Positions 20,909 to 29,656 of a stretch of 64,000 nucleotides of DNA are shown here, in pieces (within the stretch, counting starts at the first letter, position 1; each line of letters opens with the position of its first letter). The notes beneath the pieces are model-generated. The model searched no databases and was not told the DNA's origin. It saw only the letters and a list, made by a program, of their open reading frames with translations. A program made the translations under genes and the position numbers. The DNA is from an uncultured Acidobacteriota bacterium (GTDB lineage Bacteria; Acidobacteriota; Thermoanaerobaculia; Multivoradales; UBA5704): assembly GCA_963770895.1 (NCBI GenBank), contig CAVYRF010000001.1:640001-704000 (forward strand), written 5' to 3'.

Positions 20909-22066
20909 TCAGGCATTCTCCAGCGACTCGCCAATCGCGCCGCCGGCGGCCCAGGCCAGGGCGCCTTCTGCGGCTTTTGCTGCGTGGTGTTCGCCGAAGG
21001 CAGCTGCCGCGTGCAGGCCGGCGGTACGGGCGTGACGCCACGCGGCGGGGTCGGTGAGGAGCCGGGTGGTGGCGCGGGCAAAGGCGGCGGGATCGTCGAA
21101 GGGGACCAGCGTCGCGGCGGCGGCGGCAAAGCCGCGATAGCAGGCGACGTCGGAAGCGACGACCGGGACGCCGCAGGCCATGGCTTCCAGGACGGGCAGG
21201 CCGAAGCCCTCCTGCTCCCAGGAGGGGGCGAGCAGCAGGTCGCAGCCGGCGAGCAGGCGCGCCACCTGGGGCGGCGTCAGGTGGTGGTGAAACTCGTCGG
21301 GCTCCAGCACCTCCCGCTCCGCCGCGCTGAGCGGCCATTGCGACAGGCGCACCAAGCGGCACCCCAGGCCGTCCTGGCGCAACCGGCGGACGGCGGCGAG
21401 CGCCGTCGCCACCCCCTTCCAGTCGATCTCGAACGGCGACGCGACGGCAATCCGCGGCTCGGCCGGTACCGTGGCCCTGCCGATCACGGCGGGTGCGCGT
21501 GGACCACTCTGAGCGTGTGCATCACTCGGACCACCGCGACCGCCCGCGGCGCCCGGCGGTTGCCGCTGCGTCGCGGCAGGTTTCCAGAACGGCTCCAGCG
21601 GTTGGGGCACCACGCGCGCCGGGCGGTGGAAGCGCCGGCGCAGCTCCAGGGCCAGGTGGGGGGCGACGGCCAGGGCGGGAAGGCCTTGCTGGGAATAGGC
21701 GGCCAGGATGGCCGGGTGCTCGGCCTGGTTGTGCGTGTAGGTCCATTCGAAGCCCTGGCAGAAGTGGACGGCCCGGCCGCCGCCGGCGGCCGCCGCGGCG
21801 AGGGCGGGCGCGATGGTGGTCCAGAAGGTGGCCACGGTCAGGTCGGCGGCGGGCAGCGCGGCGGCTTCGAACGGCGCCGGCAGCCTGAGAAAATGGGCCT
21901 CGATGGGGTACCACTCGGGCGGTGGGCCGCCGCTGACCACGGTGACGCGGTGGCCGCGCCGCGCCATCAGGTTGGCTTGATGCAAGGCGACCTTGGTGCC
22001 GCCGAACAGCGCCGTGTCTTCGAGCAGGTAGGTGATGGCCAGGGATGGAGGAGGCACCAGGGACAC
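20909..22066 (-). CDS. Glycosyltransferase family 4
   Basis: 'GGTKVALHQANLMARRGHRV', 'VATFWTT', 'WKGV', 'EGFGLPVLEAMACGVPVVASD'. Start approximate (GTG 22066). Confidence 0.9.
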   Translation of the reverse strand: MSLVPPPSLAITYLLEDTALFGGTKVALHQANLMARRGHRVTVVSGGPPPEWYPIEAHFLRLPAPFEAAALPAADLTVATFWTTIAPALAAAAAGGGRAVHFCQGFEWTYTHNQAEHPAILAAYSQQGLPALAVAPHLALELRRRFHRPARVVPQPLEPFWKPAATQRQPPGAAGGRGGPSDAHAQSGPRAPAVIGRATVPAEPRIAVASPFEIDWKGVATALAAVRRLRQDGLGCRLVRLSQWPLSAAEREVLEPDEFHHHLTPPQVARLLAGCDLLLAPSWEQEGFGLPVLEAMACGVPVVASDVACYRGFAAAAATLVPFDDPAAFARATTRLLTDPAAWRHARTAGLHAAAAFGEHHAAKAAEGALAWAAGGAIGESLENA

Positions 22067-22164
22067 GTCCTGAAACGGGAAACAGGCAGCTGGGCAAGCG
22101 GCGCCGGCGGGCAGGCTCCGGGCGGCGAGCCCCTGGCTGGCTGACGATCTGGGCTGGTCGCGGG

Positions 22165-23307
22165 CTAGCCGGCCGGCTCCGTGATGGCGAATTTGCAGCT
22201 GCGGCAGATGAAGTCGGCCGGCGCGGGCTCCAGGCCGTAGACCATGCGGCGCATGTGGGCGAAGGCGGGGCCGGTCAGGACCTGCTCGACGCTCTCCTGG
22301 GTCAGGTCGCCTACGACGACCGATTCGCTGTAGTCCTGGCAGCAGAGGATGCATTGGCCGTGGGGGGTGATGTGCAGGTGCTGCAGGGGGCGCGAGCCGA
22401 CGTGGTCGCAGCCGCGCAGCTTGCGGCCGCGGTCGTCGACGCGCATGCCGATGTTGAGGTAGCCGGCGCGGTCGTTGACCACGAAGTACTTGACGGTGAA
22501 GCGGCTGCCGGCGAAGCGCTGTTCGATCTCGGCGAAGTCGGCGCGGTGGCGGTCGTCGCCGGTGCCCAGGACCACCATGTCCATCTGCTGGGCGATGATC
22601 TTGTCCTTGGCGTAGTCGAGGTTGCGCAGCACCAGGCGCAGGTGGTCGCCGCCGCGGTCCTGCTTGTATTTGTCGGCGTCCAGGGTCGAGATGTTGATCG
22701 ACAGGAAGCGCAGGCCTCCCATCTCGACCAGGGCGTCGACGCGGTCGGGGCTGAGGCCGGTGCCGTTGGTGAGGGCGGCCGGCGGCAGGCCGGCGGCACG
22801 CAGGGTGCGCACCTGGTCGACGAAGCGCTTGTCGAGCGTCGGCTCGTTGTAGGAGATCATGAAGACCGCTTCGATGGTGTCGCGCCAGGTTGCCAGCTCG
22901 CCGACGATGCGCTCGTAGAGCTCGGTCGGCATGAAGTAGTCCTGGCGCGGCGCCACCGACACCGGACAGAAGTAGCAGGACTGGTTGCAGACGGTGTGCG
23001 CTTCAAGGGAAACGTACTTGAGGTGAAAGCGCCGCGACAGGTCGTCCGCGCCCGGCGCCGCCAGCCAGCCGCGCGCGAGCAGCGGCGCCAGCTCCGCGGC
23101 CGGCGCTTCCTGGCCGCGGATCACCCGGCACAGCACGTCGTACGCCGGCTGGCCCAGCTCCAGCAGCTCGTCGGCATGCGGGTTGTAAATGCGGTCCGGA
23201 CCGTAGTGCAGGTACGGGCTCGGCTTGAGCGCCGTGCCCGGCGCCGCGGCAACCGCTGTCGTGGTGTCGGCGAGCGGGGCGACGGCGACCAGGTGCTCCA
23301 ACTCCAT
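22165..23307 (-). CDS. Radical SAM protein with C-terminal SPASM/twitch domain
   Basis: GGAGG RBS; CNQSCYFC; 'YNEPTLD', 'TNG'; C-terminal 'GC...HITPHGQCILCCQD...VGDL...ICRSC'. Confidence 0.9.
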   Translation of the reverse strand: MELEHLVAVAPLADTTTAVAAAPGTALKPSPYLHYGPDRIYNPHADELLELGQPAYDVLCRVIRGQEAPAAELAPLLARGWLAAPGADDLSRRFHLKYVSLEAHTVCNQSCYFCPVSVAPRQDYFMPTELYERIVGELATWRDTIEAVFMISYNEPTLDKRFVDQVRTLRAAGLPPAALTNGTGLSPDRVDALVEMGGLRFLSINISTLDADKYKQDRGGDHLRLVLRNLDYAKDKIIAQQMDMVVLGTGDDRHRADFAEIEQRFAGSRFTVKYFVVNDRAGYLNIGMRVDDRGRKLRGCDHVGSRPLQHLHITPHGQCILCCQDYSESVVVGDLTQESVEQVLTGPAFAHMRRMVYGLEPAPADFICRSCKFAITEPAG

Positions 23308-23527
23308 GCATCCTCCAATCGGCGGCAGGCGCTGCTTGCGCGGCACAGCTGCCGCACCGGCGACGCCAGGCTTCGCCGAGCGGGATTGTACCGCGACAGG
23401 GCCGATCCGCGGCCGCACCCCTCCTGGATGCGGCCGCGCCCGGCCTGTATACGGACGGCGCTGCTCGCGGCGCCCATGCGCCCGGCACCGTCCCGCCCTC
23501 GCGCCCCCGCCCTCCCCACGCCGCGCC

Positions 23528-25258
23528 TCAGGCGTCGTGGTGCCGCTTCGGCGGCTTCTTCTTGCCCGGGGCGCCGGTGCCGCCCGAGGAACCGCTGCCC
23601 GAACCGCTGCCGCCCGAGCCCGAGCCGCTGCCGCCGGCGCCGCTCAGCGCCGCCAGCAGGGCCGCGCCGTCGATGCTGCCCCAGCCGCTGGCGGGGTCCC
23701 AGCCGGGGCCGGCCTGGTAGGCGGTGCCGGCGACGCCGTTGACGTTGTTGTTGCCGCTGACGACGTCGCTGTACCCTCCCGGCACCATCGACGAGCCGTA
23801 CAGGACGGGGTTGACGAAGCCCACCTTGGTGCCGCTCGCCGCCAGCTGCTGGTTGAGGCGGGCCACCAGGCCGGAGTAGAGCGGCGCCACGGCGCTGGTG
23901 CCGCCGACGACGATGTCCTGGCCGTCGACGCGCACGGTGTAGCCGGTATCGGGATCGGCGTTGCCGGAGACGTCGGGCACGCCGCGGCCGACGTGCTTGT
24001 CGTCCGCCGCCGCCGGCACCTGGGCGCCGGCCTGGTAGGAGGGGACCGGGAAGGAGCGGCTGATGCCGCCGCCGCCGGCGCCGCCCTGGGCGCCGTCGTT
24101 CCACACCGTCTGCTGGCCGATCGACTGGCCGGCGCCGGCGGTCAGGCGGGTGCCGCCGCAGGCCACCACGTTGGGGCTGGAGGCGGGGAAGTCGACGTGC
24201 AGCTTGCCGTCGGTCTGGTCGTCGGCCGAGCCGTCGTCGCCGGACGCCACCAGCACGGTGACGCCCAGGGCGGCGGCGTCCTGGAATACGTCGTCCATGG
24301 CCTGGATCGTCTGCTGCGTCCAGGTCTCCTCGGCGCCGCCCCAGCTGATCGACACCACGCTGGGATTGTTGTGTTCGTCGTGGATCGCGGTCGAGATCGC
24401 ATCGGTGAAGCCCTGCGAGGTGTTGGGGCAGAAGTAGACGGCGAGCTTGGCGCCGGGAGCGATGCCGCCGGCGACCTCGATGTCCAGCAGCACCTCGCCG
24501 TCCGCCGAGCTGGGGTCGCCCGCCGGGCGGTTCTTGCCGTGATCGACGGCGATGGCGGTGACGGTCGGCGGCTGCAACCCCAGGCCGGTGAACCAGGTCT
24601 TGATGTCGGCCGCCTTGTAGCCGCCGCCCAGCTCGATGATGGCGATGCATTCGCCGGTGCCGTCGCCGGCAGGGAAGCCGTAGATCTGCGCCAGCTCGGG
24701 CGGCGCGAACGTGGCCGGCGTCTGGCCGGCCCGCGGCTGCACCCCGCCGCCGGTCTTGCCGGTGCCGGGCGCACCGGCGGTCGCCGCGATGCGGAAGTGC
24801 GGCTTGGCCTGCGGCCGGTTGTCCATCCCCAGCACGGCGACGATCCTGCCGTCGAGGTGGGCCGGCACGGTCAGCGGGCCGCTGCGGGCGCGCACCGTGA
24901 GCTGGCCCAGCTGGACGTTTTGCAGCTGGGTGCCGAAGGCGGCGCTGAGCGCGGCGACGGTGCCGGCCAGCTTGACGTGGCGGCGCGCCACGCTGATCTG
25001 CACCACGTCCAGGGCGTGGTCGTGCGCGAACGCCTCGACCGCCGCGATGTCACCGCGGTCGGCCCCGCGCTCCGCGGCCAGCTCCTGCCGGCCGAGCGGT
25101 TTGGCGTGACGCTGCGGGTTGCTGCGGTGGAGCGGGCGCAGGTACAGGCTGACTTCGATCCGCTCGTTGGGGTCGACCGGCCCGAGGGTCTTGCCGGCCA
25201 GCGGCCGGCGCTCGCTGCCTTACATCGGGACGCGGTGGGAGGACGGGGAAACGGGCAT
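23528..25258 (-). pseudogene. S53 sedolisin/kumamolisin peptidase with a premature TAA at codon 13
   Basis: GAGGAG RBS; MPVSPSSHRVPM*GSERRPL (TAA at 25220-25222), in frame with the rest; catalytic motifs EVLLD, ASGDDG, GGTSA and 'GWDPASGWGS'. Confidence 0.85.
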
Positions 25259-25368
25259 ATCGAGACTCCTCGCCGAAAGTGGCGGTCTGCTGCCTGGGCG
25301 TGCAAGAGCGCGTCAAGCGCGTCGGAGGGCGGGGTTCGCTAGCTTTGGCGACCGGTGCCTCGCTTATG

Positions 25369-26295
25369 TTACAGCTCCTGCGCCGTCGGTGAAGATCGCT
25401 GCTCGCGCTTGCGCTCCTCCAGCTCGCCCAGGGTGCGCGGCCAGTCGGCCTTGAGCAGGCGCGACAGGGCGCGGTCGGCCAGCAGGCGCCCGCCGGTCTG
25501 GCAGGCGGCGCAGTAGTTGGCTTCGTTTTCGGCGTAGACGATGCGCTGCACCGGCGCGCCGCAGCGCGGGCAGGGCAGGCGGAAGCGGCCGTGCACCGCC
25601 ATCTCCGGGTGGAAGGCGGTGACCTTGTCGGGGAAGTCCGGGGTCTGGCGGCGCAGCCGCTCGATCCACTCGGTGAGGGTGTCGCGCGCCGCCTGGTACA
25701 GCCGCTCCGACTCCTCGGCGTCCAGGTCGGTGGTGCGTTTGAACGGCGACAGCCGCGCCCGGTGCAGGATCTCGTCGGAGTAGGCGTTGCCGATGCCCGA
25801 AAAGAGCGTCGGATCGGTGAGCGCGCGCTTGAGGGTGTGCGTTTCGCGCGCCAGCGCGGCGCGAAAGCCCGCCAGGTCCGACTGCAGCACCTCCAGGCCG
25901 CCGGGATCGAGGGCGGCGAGCGCCGCCGCGCCCTGCACCACCACGAGCGCCGCCCGCCGCTTGCTGCTGGCCTCGGTCAGCAGCAGCGTGCCGGTCGAAA
26001 AATCCCAGGCCGCCAGCCCGTTGCGCCCCGGAATTCCGGCCCCTGCCGGCCGCCAACGCAGGCGCCCCGCGATCATCAGGTGCAGCACCAGGAACAGGCC
26101 GCCGTCGAGCCCGAAGGCGATGCGCTTGCCGACGCGGCGCAGCTCTACGACCTGGCGCCCGAAGGCCGCCGCCAGCGGCGGCTCGACCGAGCGCAGCAGA
26201 AACGGGCTCGCCACGCGCACCCGCTCGAGCGTCGCCCCCAGCACGCGCGGCTCCAGCCGTTCGACGTACAGCGCGACGTCAGGCAGCTCGGGCAT
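25369..26295 (-). CDS. Fpg/Nei family DNA glycosylase/AP lyase
   Basis: MPELPDV, 'HLMIAGRL', H2TH '[15 protein letters not shown]', zinc finger CPRC...CAAC. Confidence 0.92.
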   Translation of the reverse strand: MPELPDVALYVERLEPRVLGATLERVRVASPFLLRSVEPPLAAAFGRQVVELRRVGKRIAFGLDGGLFLVLHLMIAGRLRWRPAGAGIPGRNGLAAWDFSTGTLLLTEASSKRRAALVVVQGAAALAALDPGGLEVLQSDLAGFRAALARETHTLKRALTDPTLFSGIGNAYSDEILHRARLSPFKRTTDLDAEESERLYQAARDTLTEWIERLRRQTPDFPDKVTAFHPEMAVHGRFRLPCPRCGAPVQRIVYAENEANYCAACQTGGRLLADRALSRLLKADWPRTLGELEERKREQRSSPTAQEL

Positions 26296-26322
26296 TCATG
26301 ATTTGATGAGGCCGCGGCTTCA

Positions 26323-27456
26323 TTATTTGTTTTTCCATTTCAGCAGCGAGGGAGTCTTTGCGGAGCGCCAACAAGCATCAAACCAACCCTTAAAGACGTC
26401 GATTCGGTCACTGCCGAAGTTGGCGTCACCGTCCCTGAAGATCTCGTAAGGGCGATCTCCCGCCTTCAGGTCGCCATGGTCCCAGCGACAAACCCCCGAC
26501 ACCAGCAATCGTCCATTGATCAGTCCTCCGTGAACGGCCGGCATGTGGGAATAGCGCCGGATCCTGACTTTCCACGAAGGATAGTCACCTTTTCGCAGGT
26601 CTTCGAAGAACCGCTCGATGGCAGCGCACTGCTGGTTGGCGCTGCGGGCGGTCCACGATGAGTTGATCCTGTTTTCACTCAGCCATGACGCTGACAGCAT
26701 GGCGACTCTGAGGTGCAGGTAGCGTGGACGCCGGCTGGCCACTTTGCTCAGAACACTGGGCAACGTATTCCAAACATTGTACAAGGTCATGCCGAGCCAG
26801 TCGAGTTCGATGCCGAGCCCCTTCTCCGCCTGGGACACCATGAATTCCACCATGGCATCTTCGGCAGCCGCGACTTTCTCAAAACGCGCAGGTTTGCTCT
26901 GCGATGCTTCGTGATGCTGCAACATATTGTCTGTCTTGTTTACCAGGCCAGCCAGTTCTTCGACGGCGGTTGACAGCTGAACAACCCGCCGTCCTTCGGA
27001 AACGCCCAAAACCTTCAGCCTTTCAAGGATCTGGCTGCAGGCGGTCGACACGGCCTCCTTTGGGTTGGTTTTGGCCATGGCTTCGTAATAGAAGGCCACG
27101 ACCAAGCCTGACAGGTCCGTCGGCAGGCGCATATTCTTGCGGTCGGAGCGAATGATCAGCGTCCGTTCGGCGCCGATCCTCCCCATGAAAAGGCCCAGCT
27201 CCAGGACCAGGTTGTCGCGCGGTGTGACGCCGATCGACTTGCGATGCTCCGATTTGTCGTCGGGGGTCATGACGATGACCGCAAAGTCGTATTTGGTTGC
27301 ATGCTCCTCAAGGACTTTGAGCGTGACCGTGCCGACCGGGAAGGTGGTCGGTTCGTCCCAAATATCCACCGCCACTTCGTCAGCCAGCATTTCCCTCACC
27401 GCTCGCGCGATGGGGAGCCCTTCCCTTGAAGAGGCGATGAACAGGCGTGGTTTCAT
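26323..27456 (-). CDS. TIR-like nucleotide-binding domain protein (Cap12/Pycsar-type TIR) with an unknown C-terminal domain
   Basis: 'KPRLFIASSREGL', 'YDFAVIVMTPDD', 'PRDNLVLELGLFMGRIGAERT', 'LPTDLSGL'; visibly lower GC than neighbours. Confidence 0.85.
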   Translation of the reverse strand: MKPRLFIASSREGLPIARAVREMLADEVAVDIWDEPTTFPVGTVTLKVLEEHATKYDFAVIVMTPDDKSEHRKSIGVTPRDNLVLELGLFMGRIGAERTLIIRSDRKNMRLPTDLSGLVVAFYYEAMAKTNPKEAVSTACSQILERLKVLGVSEGRRVVQLSTAVEELAGLVNKTDNMLQHHEASQSKPARFEKVAAAEDAMVEFMVSQAEKGLGIELDWLGMTLYNVWNTLPSVLSKVASRRPRYLHLRVAMLSASWLSENRINSSWTARSANQQCAAIERFFEDLRKGDYPSWKVRIRRYSHMPAVHGGLINGRLLVSGVCRWDHGDLKAGDRPYEIFRDGDANFGSDRIDVFKGWFDACWRSAKTPSLLKWKNK

Positions 27457-27657
27457 AGCAGGCTCTCCCCTGGTTTTGACCTGAGCTTGGCGTCCGACGC
27501 GCGGCTTGGTCGTCGACCAGCTGAAAAGGGCCGTGGCCCCGCGATGTCTTGGTAGTTTCGCGTTTCGGCGATTATCGCATGGTCCTGCCGCTGCCTGCTG
27601 GCGAGGTGCCTGACAAACCAGGACAGCATTCGCCATCTTGGGCGGGTGCTTGAGCGG

Positions 27658-29478
27658 CTACGCGGGTGCGGCGGGCTGCGCTATGGCAGTGCCGGCCATG
27701 ACCGGCTCGGAGCTGTCGGCCAGGAACGGGCGCAGGACGGGCTCGGTGAAGATGGCTTCGGCCTGGGCGGCGGCGCGGCGGTAGCTTTCGATCTCGGCGT
27801 TTTCAGGGCTCTCGGTATTCTCGGTGTTCGCAGCGTGCTCAGGGTGCGCGGGGTGCTCGGCGTCGCGAGCGCCCAGCTCGGTTTCGATCGCCGCCAGCTC
27901 CTCGCGGAAGCAGCGCGCCACCAGGTCGCGCGTCACCTGCTCGCCGCCGTCCAGGCGCACGCCGTGGCGCAGCCACTGCCAGGTCTGGGCGCGGGAGATC
28001 TCCAGCGTCGCCAGGTCCTCCATCAGGTCGTCCCAGGCGACTACTCCCAGGCCGTCGGCCCAGCCCTTCAGGTAGGCGATGCCGACGCGCACGTTCTTGC
28101 GCAGGCCGGCCAGGGTCCTGGGCGGCGTGCTCTGCGGCAGCAGGTCGGGGCGCTCCTCGATGTCCGGCACCACGTCCAGCTGGTTGGGGCGGGTGAACGC
28201 CGACAGCGCCGGGCCGATGAAGTAGGGGTGGGACACCCAGCAGCCGTCGTGCCCCAGCGAGGCTTCGAAGCGCTTGTCTTCGACCACCTTGCGCGTCTGC
28301 TCGGCGCGCACCTGGGCGTTGCGGCCGGGGGTGAATGCGGCCATGCCGCCCATGGCGAAGGCGCCGTGGCGATGGCAGATGCGGATCAGGTTGCGCGCGT
28401 ACGCCTCCATCCACGGCCGGTTGAGCGAGATGCTGGCGCGGTCGGCCAGCACGCGGTCCGGGTGCTCGGCCAGCACCTTGATGTCGCTGAAGATCTTGTC
28501 CCAGCGGCCGACGTTGGCGCCCGCGGCGCGGCGGCGCAGCTGCCACAGGATCTCTTCGACCTGGAACGCCGCGGGCAGCGTTTCGATCAGCATCGTCACC
28601 CGCAGGCACCCTGCCGGCAGGTCCAGCGCCTCCTCGACGCGGCTGAAGAAGCTGTCCCACAGCCGCGCCTCCAGGTGGTGCTCGCACTTGGGCACGTAGT
28701 ACTTGGGCGTCTTGCCGCGCGCCAGCAGCGCGGCCGCCGAATGGAAGGCGCACAGCGCCAGGTCGACGAAGCCGCCGGCCATGGGCGCGCCGTCGACGCG
28801 CAGGTTGGCTTCGTCCAGGTGCAGCCCGCGGCCGCGCACCATCAGCAGCGCCATGTCGTCCGGGTCCAGGCGATACAGCTTTTCCGGCTGACCGGCGGCG
28901 GCCGGCCGCAGCCACGACAGGGTGCCGCGAGCCGCCGCCGCGACGTTCTCGACCGCCTGGATGACGTGCTCCCATGTCGGTTTCATCGAGTCTTCGAAGT
29001 CCAGCATGGCGGCGTCGGCGCGCTGGCCGTCGGCGCCGCGGCTCAGCATGTTGATCACCATCGACGGGCTGTTGGCGGGGCCGGTGATCTCCACCCGCCG
29101 CGTCTGCAGGTCGGCCGGCAGGGGAGCCACCTGCCACGCGCCGCCCGCCAGGCGCGCCACGTCGCCGTGCTGGTAGCCGGGCAGGCCGCCGCCATCCCAT
29201 TCCTCCTGGCGGTCGCGCCGTACGCCGAGCAGCGCCTGCCGCTGGCCTTCCAGGTCGCGGTGCAGGCGCGCCAGCAGCTCGACCGCGTCCGGCACCAGGA
29301 CGCGGCGGGCGGCGTCGGTCCAGGCCGCGGCGCCGATCTGGACGCCGGGCGCCAGGGTGATCGGCGCCGCGCTACCGCCCTCTGACGGCGCCGCGCCGCC
29401 CCCTTTGGGCGAGGCGGCCGCGCTGGGGGGATCGGCTGGAGCGGGATGGGGTCGGTCGAGGTCGGGACGTTCGTTCAT
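27658..29478 (-). CDS. aceB: Malate synthase A
   Basis: 'RRVEITGP', 'DFEDS', 'LMVRGRGLHLDE', 'YVPKCEHHLEARLW', 'LIETLPAAF', 'GRWD', 'AMGGMAA', 'GHDGCWVSHP', 'LMEDLATLEISRAQ'. Confidence 0.93.
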   Translation of the reverse strand: MNERPDLDRPHPAPADPPSAAASPKGGGAAPSEGGSAAPITLAPGVQIGAAAWTDAARRVLVPDAVELLARLHRDLEGQRQALLGVRRDRQEEWDGGGLPGYQHGDVARLAGGAWQVAPLPADLQTRRVEITGPANSPSMVINMLSRGADGQRADAAMLDFEDSMKPTWEHVIQAVENVAAAARGTLSWLRPAAAGQPEKLYRLDPDDMALLMVRGRGLHLDEANLRVDGAPMAGGFVDLALCAFHSAAALLARGKTPKYYVPKCEHHLEARLWDSFFSRVEEALDLPAGCLRVTMLIETLPAAFQVEEILWQLRRRAAGANVGRWDKIFSDIKVLAEHPDRVLADRASISLNRPWMEAYARNLIRICHRHGAFAMGGMAAFTPGRNAQVRAEQTRKVVEDKRFEASLGHDGCWVSHPYFIGPALSAFTRPNQLDVVPDIEERPDLLPQSTPPRTLAGLRKNVRVGIAYLKGWADGLGVVAWDDLMEDLATLEISRAQTWQWLRHGVRLDGGEQVTRDLVARCFREELAAIETELGARDAEHPAHPEHAANTENTESPENAEIESYRRAAAQAEAIFTEPVLRPFLADSSEPVMAGTAIAQPAAPA

Positions 29479-29517
29479 GGGCATCCTCCGGCTGTCTTGC
29501 AGGTGAAACTCTACCTG

Positions 29518-29592
29518 CAGCGAAATCGTCACGTCAAGCGAAATTTCGCTGACGGCGTGATTGGTGTTAGAATTCGCTGCCAGCGAGAATTG
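29518..29592. promoter_or_regulatory. Candidate operator array for the divergent XRE/RamB regulator
   Basis: Perfect palindrome AGCGAAATTTCGCT at 29537-29550, half-site CAGCGAAAT at 29518, and AATTCGCTG-C-CAGCGAGAATT at 29571-29591. Confidence 0.65.
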
Positions 29593-29656
29593 GCAGATTC
29601 GATAGAGCGGACCAGGCCAGCACAGGACAGAGCACAGCGGACGGAGACCAGCATCG

